A DNA stretch of 64,000 nucleotides, taken from assembly GCA_002011475.1 (NCBI GenBank), contig MTNP01000037.1, positions 77,246 through 141,245 on the forward strand. The letters are read 5' to 3'. This DNA is from Dehalococcoides sp. JdFR-54 (GTDB lineage Bacteria > Chloroflexota > Dehalococcoidia > JdFR-54). Under the pieces are notes generated by a model. It was given only the letters and a program-made list of their open reading frames with translations. It ran no database searches and was not told the DNA's origin. The number at the start of each line of letters is the position of its first letter. The stretch's first letter is position 1. Both the position numbers and the translations under genes were made by a program. Shown in pieces: positions 55,619-64,000 of the stretch.

Positions 55619-58300
55619 ATGGATGAAAGTACTCAATGGGACTTAATCAGGCGCGCTGCTGAGCGCGGGTATCTAGAAATTAGGGACAACAGGGTCCGCT
55701 ATATTTGCAGGCGGGTTTACGACGACGATTTCACTGACCCTGAGGAGCCTGTAAGAGCAGCTATATATGCGTGGCTGATCCTAGAGCGGGAGTACCCAAA
55801 CACGCAGATCGATGTCGAAGTGACCGTACCTCGAAGGATTCCAGCGGATCGGGCTGACATTGTCGTGTATGAAGATGCGAGATGTCTCCAGCCCTATTTG
55901 GTGGTAGAAACTAAGGAACGCGGCATAGGCCCAACGGAGCTAGCAAGAGCCATAGAGCAAGCTTTTGGGAATGCTAACTCTATTAGGGCGAAATATGCTC
56001 TGTTTGATAATCTAGACAGCTCGCGGCTTTACGATGTAGCAAACTTTCCGCCAGCGGAACGCGACGCCAACTATCTCGGGCCACGGGAAAACCTGCCCTC
56101 GGAGTTCGGCAGAGCTCTTGAATTTCGCCTCATTGCAGGCACCCCAGCAGATATAAGATCAGTAAGTGCCTCAGACCTCGAAAATCGGGTCAGGCGTGCC
56201 CATGGGATGATATGGGCCGGGGGCATGCGCGACCCTCTTACAGCGTTTAACGAGTGGTCAAAACTGATATTCGCAAAGGTACATGACGAGCGGCACACTC
56301 CAAATGGCCAACCTCGAAGATTTCAAGTCGGGGCTGGCGAAAGTGCTGTCAGGCTTGGTAATAGAATTCGGGCTCTGTACGACGAAGCCCGAATTGGTGA
56401 CCCATCTATTTTTTCTGAGCCAATATCACTTCCCGACGACAAGATTCGTGAGGTAGTGCGCACCTTTGAGGAAGTCGGCCTCACCTTAATGGACGTTGAC
56501 GCGCTCGGGGCAGCGTTCGAGGCATTCTTTGGCACTGTTTTCAGAGAAGAGTTGGGGCAATATTTTACTCCGCGTCCGCTGGTTCGTTTCACCGTAGCGA
56601 TGCTGATGCCCCAAGAGCGCGATATCCTGCTTGACCCCACTGCTGGAACAGGTGGGTTTCTTCTCGAGGCTTTGTTCCAAGTGTGGAAGGGCATAGACAA
56701 GGCATATGCGGGACAGCCTGAGCTTGAGCGGCGCAAGTATGATTTCGCACGGCAGCGATTGTATGGTATCGAGGTGCACCCCATAGTGGGCAGAATCTGC
56801 CAGACTAACCTATTAGTGCATCGTGACGGGCACACAAACATAGAGGTGGGAAAGACCTGCCTCGATGCAAGCTTCAGAAATCATCGCATTACAACAGTAA
56901 ATCCACCCTTCACCATCGTGCTGGGGAATCCACCATTCGGAGATGCAATTGAAGAAGGAGACAGTGACCGTCTCGGTTCTAGCCACCTAGACGACTTTGA
57001 GTTAGCCAGGGGCAGAAACAAGATCGACTCGGAGATAGTAATACTGGAGCGGGCTATCAAATTCCTTGCCCCTGGCGGCCGCCTTGGAATGGTAGTTCCA
57101 GATGGGCTTCTGAATAATACTGGTGAGCAATCACGCTGCCCTGCGTTTCGAAGATTCTTACTAAAATATACTCGTGTGCTGGCTGTAGTGTCGCTGCCGG
57201 ACCATGCGTTCAGAAAACAAGGTGCCCAGAATAAGACAAGCCTTTTGTTTTGCCGAAGATATACACAAGAAGAAGAACGGGCCTTTGAGCGGTCTTATAG
57301 TCAAGCCCTCCAGGAAATGAAAGACGCCCCCTTGTCCGACGTTGAGAAGGAGAGTGAGGCTATCAAGAAAGCCCTCATACATCATAGGTATAAAGTTTTC
57401 ATGGCAGAAGCGAATAATGTCGGATATACGGCGACGGGAATGCCGAGCCAACTTAACGACCTATACCATGCCGAAGACCGTGTTCCGCAGTATGAGGCTC
57501 AAGACACAATCCTCGGCCAATATGTTCAGTTTCTCAGAGATCCAGATGCATACGAGGGGACTCTACAGCCACCTTGCTTGGCAGAGTGGATAGACCAAGT
57601 GTTCGAGGCTCATAAGTCACATCGCTTGGACCCCAAATATCATCTTTTCAAGCGCGAAGAACACCAAGGTAGCCCGGAGGGAATGAAGCGATACAAACTT
57701 GGCGACGTTCTGAGGAGAAGGAGAGAAGCCTTAGTCCCTTACGACAGTCCTGACAGAGAGTTCTTAACGCTTACCCTTACGCAGGAAGGGGAACTGAAGC
57801 CACGCGAAGCGGGGGTCGGGAATAACCCGCCCGCATGGTTTGGCATCTATTTCACACCGGGAGTTAGATGGTATCGGGCTCGGGCCGGAGATCTCATCGT
57901 CTCTCGTATAGATGTGTGGAAGGGGTGCGTATCAGTCATCCCTGATGAATATGACGGTGCAATTGTGACCCAGGAATTCCCCATATACGCGGTGCGAGAG
58001 GAGATTATTCGTCCCTATTACCTCAAGCTGCTCCTCCGGACCGACTACTTCAGAAGAGCTATACGTGCCGTTACTACTGGACATTCAAATCGGCGGCGGA
58101 CCCAGGACGATGATTTTGAGAACCTGGAAATCCTTCTCCCAGATGTCACGGTGCAAGACAGGATTATTGAAGTGGTCCGGAAGAAAGAAAATGATAAAGA
58201 AGCTGCTGCACGCCAACATGAAGAACTTCTCACAAGGGTGGAGAAGGTCATTATGGGCAGCACTGATATCGGTGAATTCCTAAAGGAAGTTGGCAGCTAA
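55619..58300 (+). CDS. single-chain Type IIG/IIL (MmeI-like) restriction-modification enzyme: N-terminal PD-(D/E)xK nuclease, gamma-class N6-adenine methyltransferase, C-terminal target-recognition domain
   Basis: ADIVVYED...YLVVETK (D/ExK). Motif I LLDPTAGTGGFL. Motif IV LGNPPFG. A ~250-aa C-terminal target-recognition-like region. Confidence 0.65.
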   Translation: MDESTQWDLIRRAAERGYLEIRDNRVRYICRRVYDDDFTDPEEPVRAAIYAWLILEREYPNTQIDVEVTVPRRIPADRADIVVYEDARCLQPYLVVETKERGIGPTELARAIEQAFGNANSIRAKYALFDNLDSSRLYDVANFPPAERDANYLGPRENLPSEFGRALEFRLIAGTPADIRSVSASDLENRVRRAHGMIWAGGMRDPLTAFNEWSKLIFAKVHDERHTPNGQPRRFQVGAGESAVRLGNRIRALYDEARIGDPSIFSEPISLPDDKIREVVRTFEEVGLTLMDVDALGAAFEAFFGTVFREELGQYFTPRPLVRFTVAMLMPQERDILLDPTAGTGGFLLEALFQVWKGIDKAYAGQPELERRKYDFARQRLYGIEVHPIVGRICQTNLLVHRDGHTNIEVGKTCLDASFRNHRITTVNPPFTIVLGNPPFGDAIEEGDSDRLGSSHLDDFELARGRNKIDSEIVILERAIKFLAPGGRLGMVVPDGLLNNTGEQSRCPAFRRFLLKYTRVLAVVSLPDHAFRKQGAQNKTSLLFCRRYTQEEERAFERSYSQALQEMKDAPLSDVEKESEAIKKALIHHRYKVFMAEANNVGYTATGMPSQLNDLYHAEDRVPQYEAQDTILGQYVQFLRDPDAYEGTLQPPCLAEWIDQVFEAHKSHRLDPKYHLFKREEHQGSPEGMKRYKLGDVLRRRREALVPYDSPDREFLTLTLTQEGELKPREAGVGNNPPAWFGIYFTPGVRWYRARAGDLIVSRIDVWKGCVSVIPDEYDGAIVTQEFPIYAVREEIIRPYYLKLLLRTDYFRRAIRAVTTGHSNRRRTQDDDFENLEILLPDVTVQDRIIEVVRKKENDKEAAARQHEELLTRVEKVIMGSTDIGEFLKEVGS

Positions 58301-59422
58301 ATGCCTAGACATAGAAGTTTGACCCTGAAGAAATTCATCACAGCCATCAACGACACCGACCCTGGTCTGGTTGAGCGATACTTTTTACAGCTCATCCCAA
58401 AGGAGAAGCTACCTCCATACCTAATGATTATGCACTACGACTATGTGAGGCACTTGCTGGAGGGGTTGGAGGACGAGCGGCTACGGGGGACAATTTACGA
58501 AGACCTCCGCCGGATAAACGACATCGGCGAAAAAGCGATGGGCACCCTGGTGAGGACCACCAAGCGCTTCGGAATCGAGACCAACCAGAACGAGAAGCCT
58601 CAGGCTCTAGCTATGAGATTGTTCCTAGACCATCCTGAAGCTTTCGATTATGCTTGGGCCTGGTACTGTTATTACTACTCAACGAGCAAGATAAGCCAGC
58701 ATCGCATCGACTGCCAAGGGTTCAGCATCGATGTCGACAAACTGGATGCCTTCAAAGAGGAAGTGAGGTCATTCTTCTCTGACCTGGCCAAGGGCGAGGA
58801 ATGTCGAGTAAGCCACTATGAAGAGGACAACGAGGTAGTGATACTCGTTGCCCACGGCTCTTATATTCGGACAGTTGCCCGTTGGGAAGGTCGTGAAATA
58901 AAAATCGAGTCCTTTCGGCCCGCCTATGAGGACATTCTCCTCTACGACAAGACCCGCTCCCTGCTCTGTATAAAAGCTACCCTGGACAAGGATCGAGAGC
59001 AGTATATCAAGTCATTCACCAATGCCATCCTTGCTAACCCAGCCCTGGCGGAGAGCCCGAATAGGGATAAAGTCTATACCCTGCGCCCGCTTCAAGACGG
59101 CACCTTTAGCTGGGATGGGAACGAGCACATAACTTCCATAATCCCCTTAGAGGCGAGGCTGAAGCTCAGGGGCTCAACGGAGCCCGTTGTCGAGATAAGG
59201 TCTAAGGACTTGAGGCGAACCTTCGAAGACGACCTTGAAGGGCTTGATCTGGCCTCAGGGGAGCTGGTCTACATGAAATTCAGATTTACCATTGAGGTTG
59301 AGGATAAGGTCGAGAAGATTACCTTTATCATCGCCCCTCCGGATGTCACTGACCTGGCCAAGAAGAAGCACGCCGATATTATCTCGGCCTATCTCAAGGA
59401 AAATGGAGTGCAGCTAATTTGA
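58301..59422 (+). CDS. hypothetical protein (first of a two-gene operon between the restriction-modification gene and the deaminase-STAND gene)
   Basis: 373 aa. Starts 1 nt after the restriction-modification gene stop. Confidence 0.5.
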   Translation: MPRHRSLTLKKFITAINDTDPGLVERYFLQLIPKEKLPPYLMIMHYDYVRHLLEGLEDERLRGTIYEDLRRINDIGEKAMGTLVRTTKRFGIETNQNEKPQALAMRLFLDHPEAFDYAWAWYCYYYSTSKISQHRIDCQGFSIDVDKLDAFKEEVRSFFSDLAKGEECRVSHYEEDNEVVILVAHGSYIRTVARWEGREIKIESFRPAYEDILLYDKTRSLLCIKATLDKDREQYIKSFTNAILANPALAESPNRDKVYTLRPLQDGTFSWDGNEHITSIIPLEARLKLRGSTEPVVEIRSKDLRRTFEDDLEGLDLASGELVYMKFRFTIEVEDKVEKITFIIAPPDVTDLAKKKHADIISAYLKENGVQLI

Positions 59423-60510
59423 TTGACTGGATACTGCGAGAGCTGGAAAAACACCCGAATACGCTCTTTTATGAGAAGGAGCTGAAGGTTAGGGATGCCG
59501 CTGAATTTACTAAGATGAGGCGGGAGAGGCTCCTGGGCTACGTTCAACCTGATGACCGTAGTGAGACCTACGGGGTTGGGCAGGCAAAGCCTCTCTCAGT
59601 GGTCAACATTGGTGGCGAGCTTTACGGTATTGATGACGAGGACGCCGAAAAGGACCCCGTCCACCTGAGAAAGACAGACTTGGCTAGATATAGTTTTTCC
59701 CTGGACCGGTTCATAGATAAGCTTAGAGCGGTAAACAACCTTCTGGGTTCAGCCTCGCCGCTGGACAAGCGTCTGTTTTTCGCAGGGGAGAAGACTGTCA
59801 ATGGTAAGAGGGTGGCTTTTGTATTCGCGTTGCTTGACTCCGAGAAAAGGGCGGCTGACCTGCTCCTAACCCTACCCAGCCGGGTGTCTCCTAATCATGA
59901 CCGCATTGCTGTAGTTACTCCCTCCTTCACAGTTAAATCCGAGGCTGTGAGAGCACAGCTTGAGAGATTGCGTATCTATGTAATGCCACTCGGCGATACC
60001 ATGAGCCTTGAAACGGACGTATCGAGCCTTTTTAAAGAAGCGCCTCAACCATCGCCGTCAGCGTTGCTTACCTCCGAGCAAGAAGAGGAATTCGCTCGGT
60101 ATGGCTATAAGAGCAGATTGCCAATCTATATCACAGGGGATGTCGAGAAGCGGGCAACTAACATTGTCGAGATAAATGAGACCCGGGTTCCAATAGGAGA
60201 TGCTGCCTTTACCCTCTTTCTAAGGCTCGTGGTGGAGCTCAAGAAGAATAAGAAGGGCTCGGTTTCAAAAAGCACCCTTATAAGAGGCGGATACATCAAG
60301 GCTGATGGGGAATTCCAGGCCATTGCCCGGCTACGGCAAGCATTTAATGCGGCTCTTGGTTGGCTTGCTCCGCAGGAATTCATAGAAGCCCCGAAGCCGA
60401 AGACATTGCGCCTTTCCACCCATCCGGACCTCGTAACCTATGACAAAGAGAAGCTACTACGGCATAGCAACGAAAAGATAAGGAGGCTGGCACGACGGTT
60501 ACCCGGGTGA
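59419..60510 (+). CDS. hypothetical protein (second gene, 4-nt overlap)
   Basis: 363 aa. Confidence 0.5.
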   Translation: MIDWILRELEKHPNTLFYEKELKVRDAAEFTKMRRERLLGYVQPDDRSETYGVGQAKPLSVVNIGGELYGIDDEDAEKDPVHLRKTDLARYSFSLDRFIDKLRAVNNLLGSASPLDKRLFFAGEKTVNGKRVAFVFALLDSEKRAADLLLTLPSRVSPNHDRIAVVTPSFTVKSEAVRAQLERLRIYVMPLGDTMSLETDVSSLFKEAPQPSPSALLTSEQEEEFARYGYKSRLPIYITGDVEKRATNIVEINETRVPIGDAAFTLFLRLVVELKKNKKGSVSKSTLIRGGYIKADGEFQAIARLRQAFNAALGWLAPQEFIEAPKPKTLRLSTHPDLVTYDKEKLLRHSNEKIRRLARRLPG

Positions 60511-60596
60511 CTGAGGCTCGTTGTCACTTAGCCGCTACAGGCGAAGCAGATCATATCTAGCGTCATTCCGCTTGTGGGAGATGGAGGGATTAACAG

Positions 60597-63320
60597 TTGA
60601 GTCAGGAAGAAATCAATTACATGAACTTGGCAATAGAAGAGGCTAAGAAATCAAGACCTGAGCCTGACGGGCGAGCCCACCCCAAGGTGGGGGTAGTCGT
60701 CGTAAGAGACGGCAAAATCTTGGGTACAGGTTACAGGGGAGAAATATCCTTTGGTGATCATGCTGAATATACCGTTCTTGAAAGAAAACTGCCTGACATC
60801 GATTTGACTGGGGCGACACTTTACACCACCCTTGAGCCGTGCACGAGGCGTAATCATCCAAAGGCACCTTGTGCGAAAAGAATCGTGGACAGAAGAATAG
60901 GTAAAGTCGTAGTCGGGATTTTAGACCCAAATCCGGACATTTATAAGAGCGGTCTATTCCTTCTAAGGGAAAGGGGGATATCGGTAGAACATTTTCCTGC
61001 TCAGTTACCAGGTGAAATAGAGGAGCTAAATAGGGACTTCTTGAAAGCTCAAAAAGAAGCTCGAGAGCGAGAATTGGAACCGCTCTTATTTCATCCTTTT
61101 CCCCTCCCCAAGAACTTTGCTGGACGTGAGCGAGAGTTAGACGATCTCGTTAAGATGCTTTCGGATGAAAGCGATGAGGCACCGCGAGTGGTCGCTATTT
61201 ATGCTATCGGCGGAACAGGAAAGTCGTGCTTAACGCGCAAGCTCATAGAAGAACGCCATCGCATTGCTCCACCATTCGATGCCATCTTCTGGTTTTCGTT
61301 CTACGAGGCTAAGCTGGAGGAGGCGGCCTTTGACCAGTTCTGTGAGGCTGCGCTTATTTACCTGACTAACGGGAAGTTCGACCCTACTTCTCCTCCCCTC
61401 TCCCCTGCTGCGAAGCGTGTGAAGCTTGACGACCTGCTACGTGGCCGGAGGGCACTCTTGGTGCTCGATGGCTTGGAAGTGGCACAGCGTCCTGATTTTA
61501 GACACCCTCGCTACGGTGAGGTCATTGATCGGGAGCTCCGCAGGTTCATCCAGGGCGCATGTGCTTTGCAGCGCAGTCGCCTATTGGTAACGACGCGGTT
61601 TCCTATCAGCGACTTGAGGGAAGTGCGTGGTTTCCATAGCCTATTACTCGAAGATTTGGCACCTCAGGACGCGCTAGGGTTCTTGCGCAAACAAGGCGTG
61701 AAAGGTAAAGGATACCGTCTCCGGGAAGTTGCTGCACACTATGGTCATCATGCTCTTACCTTAACTGTGCTGGCAGACTATTTAGTACGTTTCTATGATG
61801 GTGATATCGAGCAAGTGAGACGACTCGCTTATTTACCTGCCGAATCGAGGCAGGGCGAGAAACTTCAGTCTGTCCTCAATGGCTATTGGGAAATGCTGAC
61901 AGAAGCAGAACGCTTCTTTATGACGCGTCTTAGCGCTTTTCGTAGCGGAGTAGATGAGCAGGCGTTTGCTGTGCTGACGGTGGGCGATCCCAGCGACCCG
62001 ACATTCCGGGCAATGTTGTCACGGTTGCTTGATTCATCTTTGATTAAGAAGGAGGAGAGGCACAAAAAGGTTTACATTGCACATCCTGTTATTAAAACAT
62101 ATTTCTATGACCGCATGGGGCAAGAGGAGAGGCGACAGACGCATTTGGCATTGAGAGATTACACTGCTGGCTTGCCAGTACCAGATGAGCCACAGACGAT
62201 CGAAGATTTGGAACCACTGTTTGAACTGTTTCACCAATGTCTCGGTGCAAGACTGTATAACGAGGCGTTTGAGGTATATGGGCGTGGCAAAATGGATATT
62301 ACCCTTCTCTATTGGGGTCATTATGATGCAAATCGTCAGCTGGTCGAACCTTTGATTACTGCGTTTGAGCAGACGCCACCCGTTTGGGATGCTGCTCCCC
62401 ATCAACGCATTCGCCTGTGGTATGTATCCGCTCAACTTCATGCACGCTCCGGACAAACAGAGCAAGCGATTCATCGTCTTAAAGCTGCAATTGCTGCTCA
62501 CCAAGACTCCAAGGGCACCAAAAAAGAGACTCTATCAACAGGCTGGAGGTACTTAACTGAAGTCCTGATTCAATGTGGGGATTTGAATGGAGCACGTGCA
62601 AGCCTAACTGAGTTTCATGCGGTGGAGGAGGCTCTCAAACGTAGAAGAAAGTCTGACCTATTTATGGGGCTATCAGGCTGGTGCTCATTAGAACTTGGCG
62701 ATGTGAAGTCCGCTGCTGAAAACCTTTCAGCAGCGTTGTCAACAAGCCGTGAGCGCTACACTCCTCGAACTCGAATGGAATGCTTATGGCTTTGTAAACT
62801 GGGGGACCTTCATTTGCGAACGGACCAACTAGAGCAAGCGTTTTCAAACTATAAAAACGCTTTAACGATAAGCGTGGCGAAGAAATATAGAGATTGGGAA
62901 GGCCATGCGCTCCGAGGATTCGGCGACTTTTATCGCCTTGTACGCAACTATGAGAGCGCTGAGAAATACTATCGCCATGCGCTTTATGTCGCGGAGGGGA
63001 CTGGCTATCAGTATTTAGAGGCAGAGGTGTGCGTGGGGTTAGCACGCCTCTCTGTGGTGTCTGAGGCTAGAAGCCGAGTGCCAGACCTTGAGGCACCTCA
63101 GCACTGGATGAAAAAGGTGCTCATGATTGCCGAAGAGTGTGGCTACCGCGTGCAAAAGACAGAAGGACATTTGATTGCAGCACAGTTAGCTTTGGAGCAA
63201 CGCGAAGTAGAGTCAGCACAGTATCATGTGAAGGCAGCGAGGGAACTCGTCGATTTCACAGGGCACTATTGGACGCTAAAGGAGTTGGAAGAGCTTGAGA
63301 ACACGTTGCGCCTTGGCTAA
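60597..63320 (+). CDS. CMP/dCMP-type (TadA/RibD-like) zinc deaminase domain fused to an NB-ARC/STAND NTPase and C-terminal TPR repeats; candidate antiviral STAND
   Basis: Deaminase motifs DHAEYTV and [15 protein letters not shown]...[11 protein letters not shown]. Walker A IGGTGKSC, Walker B LLVLDGLE, hhhTTR (LLVTTRF), then TPR-like repeats to the end. TTG start (alternative ATG at 60621). Confidence 0.7.
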   Translation: MSQEEINYMNLAIEEAKKSRPEPDGRAHPKVGVVVVRDGKILGTGYRGEISFGDHAEYTVLERKLPDIDLTGATLYTTLEPCTRRNHPKAPCAKRIVDRRIGKVVVGILDPNPDIYKSGLFLLRERGISVEHFPAQLPGEIEELNRDFLKAQKEARERELEPLLFHPFPLPKNFAGRERELDDLVKMLSDESDEAPRVVAIYAIGGTGKSCLTRKLIEERHRIAPPFDAIFWFSFYEAKLEEAAFDQFCEAALIYLTNGKFDPTSPPLSPAAKRVKLDDLLRGRRALLVLDGLEVAQRPDFRHPRYGEVIDRELRRFIQGACALQRSRLLVTTRFPISDLREVRGFHSLLLEDLAPQDALGFLRKQGVKGKGYRLREVAAHYGHHALTLTVLADYLVRFYDGDIEQVRRLAYLPAESRQGEKLQSVLNGYWEMLTEAERFFMTRLSAFRSGVDEQAFAVLTVGDPSDPTFRAMLSRLLDSSLIKKEERHKKVYIAHPVIKTYFYDRMGQEERRQTHLALRDYTAGLPVPDEPQTIEDLEPLFELFHQCLGARLYNEAFEVYGRGKMDITLLYWGHYDANRQLVEPLITAFEQTPPVWDAAPHQRIRLWYVSAQLHARSGQTEQAIHRLKAAIAAHQDSKGTKKETLSTGWRYLTEVLIQCGDLNGARASLTEFHAVEEALKRRRKSDLFMGLSGWCSLELGDVKSAAENLSAALSTSRERYTPRTRMECLWLCKLGDLHLRTDQLEQAFSNYKNALTISVAKKYRDWEGHALRGFGDFYRLVRNYESAEKYYRHALYVAEGTGYQYLEAEVCVGLARLSVVSEARSRVPDLEAPQHWMKKVLMIAEECGYRVQKTEGHLIAAQLALEQREVESAQYHVKAARELVDFTGHYWTLKELEELENTLRLG

Positions 63321-63430
63321 ACCGTTTGGCATGGGTTCTGGTCAGCGCCAAGCCAGCCCTATGTAATTTCCAGCAAATTGCTCAGCTTTGAGGAATATAT
63401 GAAGAAAAGACAAAATAACAAACCGCTGGC

Positions 63431-63949
63431 GTGCCTCGGCAGCCTGGCCTTGCTGTGCGAGAATACCAGCAGCTGGCTGAGGAGATACCACAGCTTATCA
63501 CTGACATCGTTGCATCGGAGCGACGAGTGCCAGTTTATACACGTGAGCGTGATGGCACGATTCTTTCGGGCTACGGGGCTATCGGGCAGGCGAATGTGAG
63601 GCTTCAGGTTGCAGAGCGATTCTTTGAAACTCACAGAGAGCTAAAGGCGTGGATGCTACCGCACTTCTTTGAGGTTTGGGACAATGACAAGCCCGTGCTT
63701 AAGCAGCATATCGTGCTTGGTCTAGGCACAGCTGTTCAGGGCATTAGAGATGGGCGCAAGCGTGACTACGTCTTAGTCGAGCTGAGCCAAATAAACTTTC
63801 AAGGCAAAGCCCTGGACAATAGGCGCGTCACCATCCTGTCAGAAGAAGCGCAACTCCCGGCTCAGCAGCAACCGTCAGCTAGACGGGGCCAAAGAGGAAG
63901 GGCGCAGGCAACACAAGGGACACTGCTTGAAGAGGATGATGAGCCATGA
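63431..63949 (+). CDS. hypothetical protein
   Basis: 172-aa ORF at the window edge. Confidence 0.35.
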   Translation: MPRQPGLAVREYQQLAEEIPQLITDIVASERRVPVYTRERDGTILSGYGAIGQANVRLQVAERFFETHRELKAWMLPHFFEVWDNDKPVLKQHIVLGLGTAVQGIRDGRKRDYVLVELSQINFQGKALDNRRVTILSEEAQLPAQQQPSARRGQRGRAQATQGTLLEEDDEP

Positions 63950-64000
63950 AGTGTAAAGTAGCCTTCCAAACAGTTAAAAACATGGGGGCAGGGTGTTGAC

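Larger units (their letters stand above)
54227..63949. mobile_element. lower-GC integrative island (tyrosine integrase + Xis-like gene + defense cargo); the right end lies beyond the window
   Basis: Integrase/excisionase pair followed by a GC drop and defense-type genes. Confidence 0.5.

Noticed and set aside
54184-55620. Third copy of the proA 3'-end att repeat near the tyrosine integrase or at the end of the window
   Set aside because: Scanned by eye around 54184-54226, 55120-55280, 55497-55620 and 63321-64000. No match to gcgggagctcaccagcta was found. The right-hand att site remains unresolved.

Overview
This is a high-GC bacterial chromosome segment. Host genes (a threonine-dehydrogenase/epimerase-like gene fragment, an Smr gene, proB, proA) end at about 3.6 kb. 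The 3' end of proA is duplicated as a ~60-bp imperfect direct repeat (3567-3627 and 4288-4348), and the two copies flank a lower-GC BrnT/BrnA toxin-antitoxin cassette. Directly after the second repeat a ~50-kb siphovirus-like prophage begins (about 4285-54183). It carries a large serine recombinase at its left end, a sigma factor, a replication/recombination module (PolX-like protein, AEP primase-polymerase, UvrD-like helicase, RusA, Cas4-like nuclease, an unusual DNA methyltransferase), a terminase/portal/head module, a giant fusion protein (two Dam-like methyltransferase domains + ATP-dependent DNA ligase + LigD-like 3'-phosphoesterase domain), several low-GC morons on the opposite strand (TPR+TIR-like protein, GHKL-ATPase/DUF3883 protein, two toxin-antitoxin modules, an amidoligase/GNAT/class-II glutamine amidotransferase cassette), and a tail module. 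Right of the prophage lie a tyrosine integrase and excisionase-like gene (54227-55496), followed by a lower-GC defense island. That island contains an MmeI-like single-chain restriction-modification enzyme, two unknown co-directional genes, and a large deaminase-NB-ARC(STAND)-TPR protein that I think is the best candidate for an undescribed antiviral system. Three structural or replication genes appear frameshifted (tape measure, a head-region gene, the methyltransferase), and a conserved promoter-like motif recurs upstream of four leftward genes. All calls come from reading the translations and the sequence; no searches were run.
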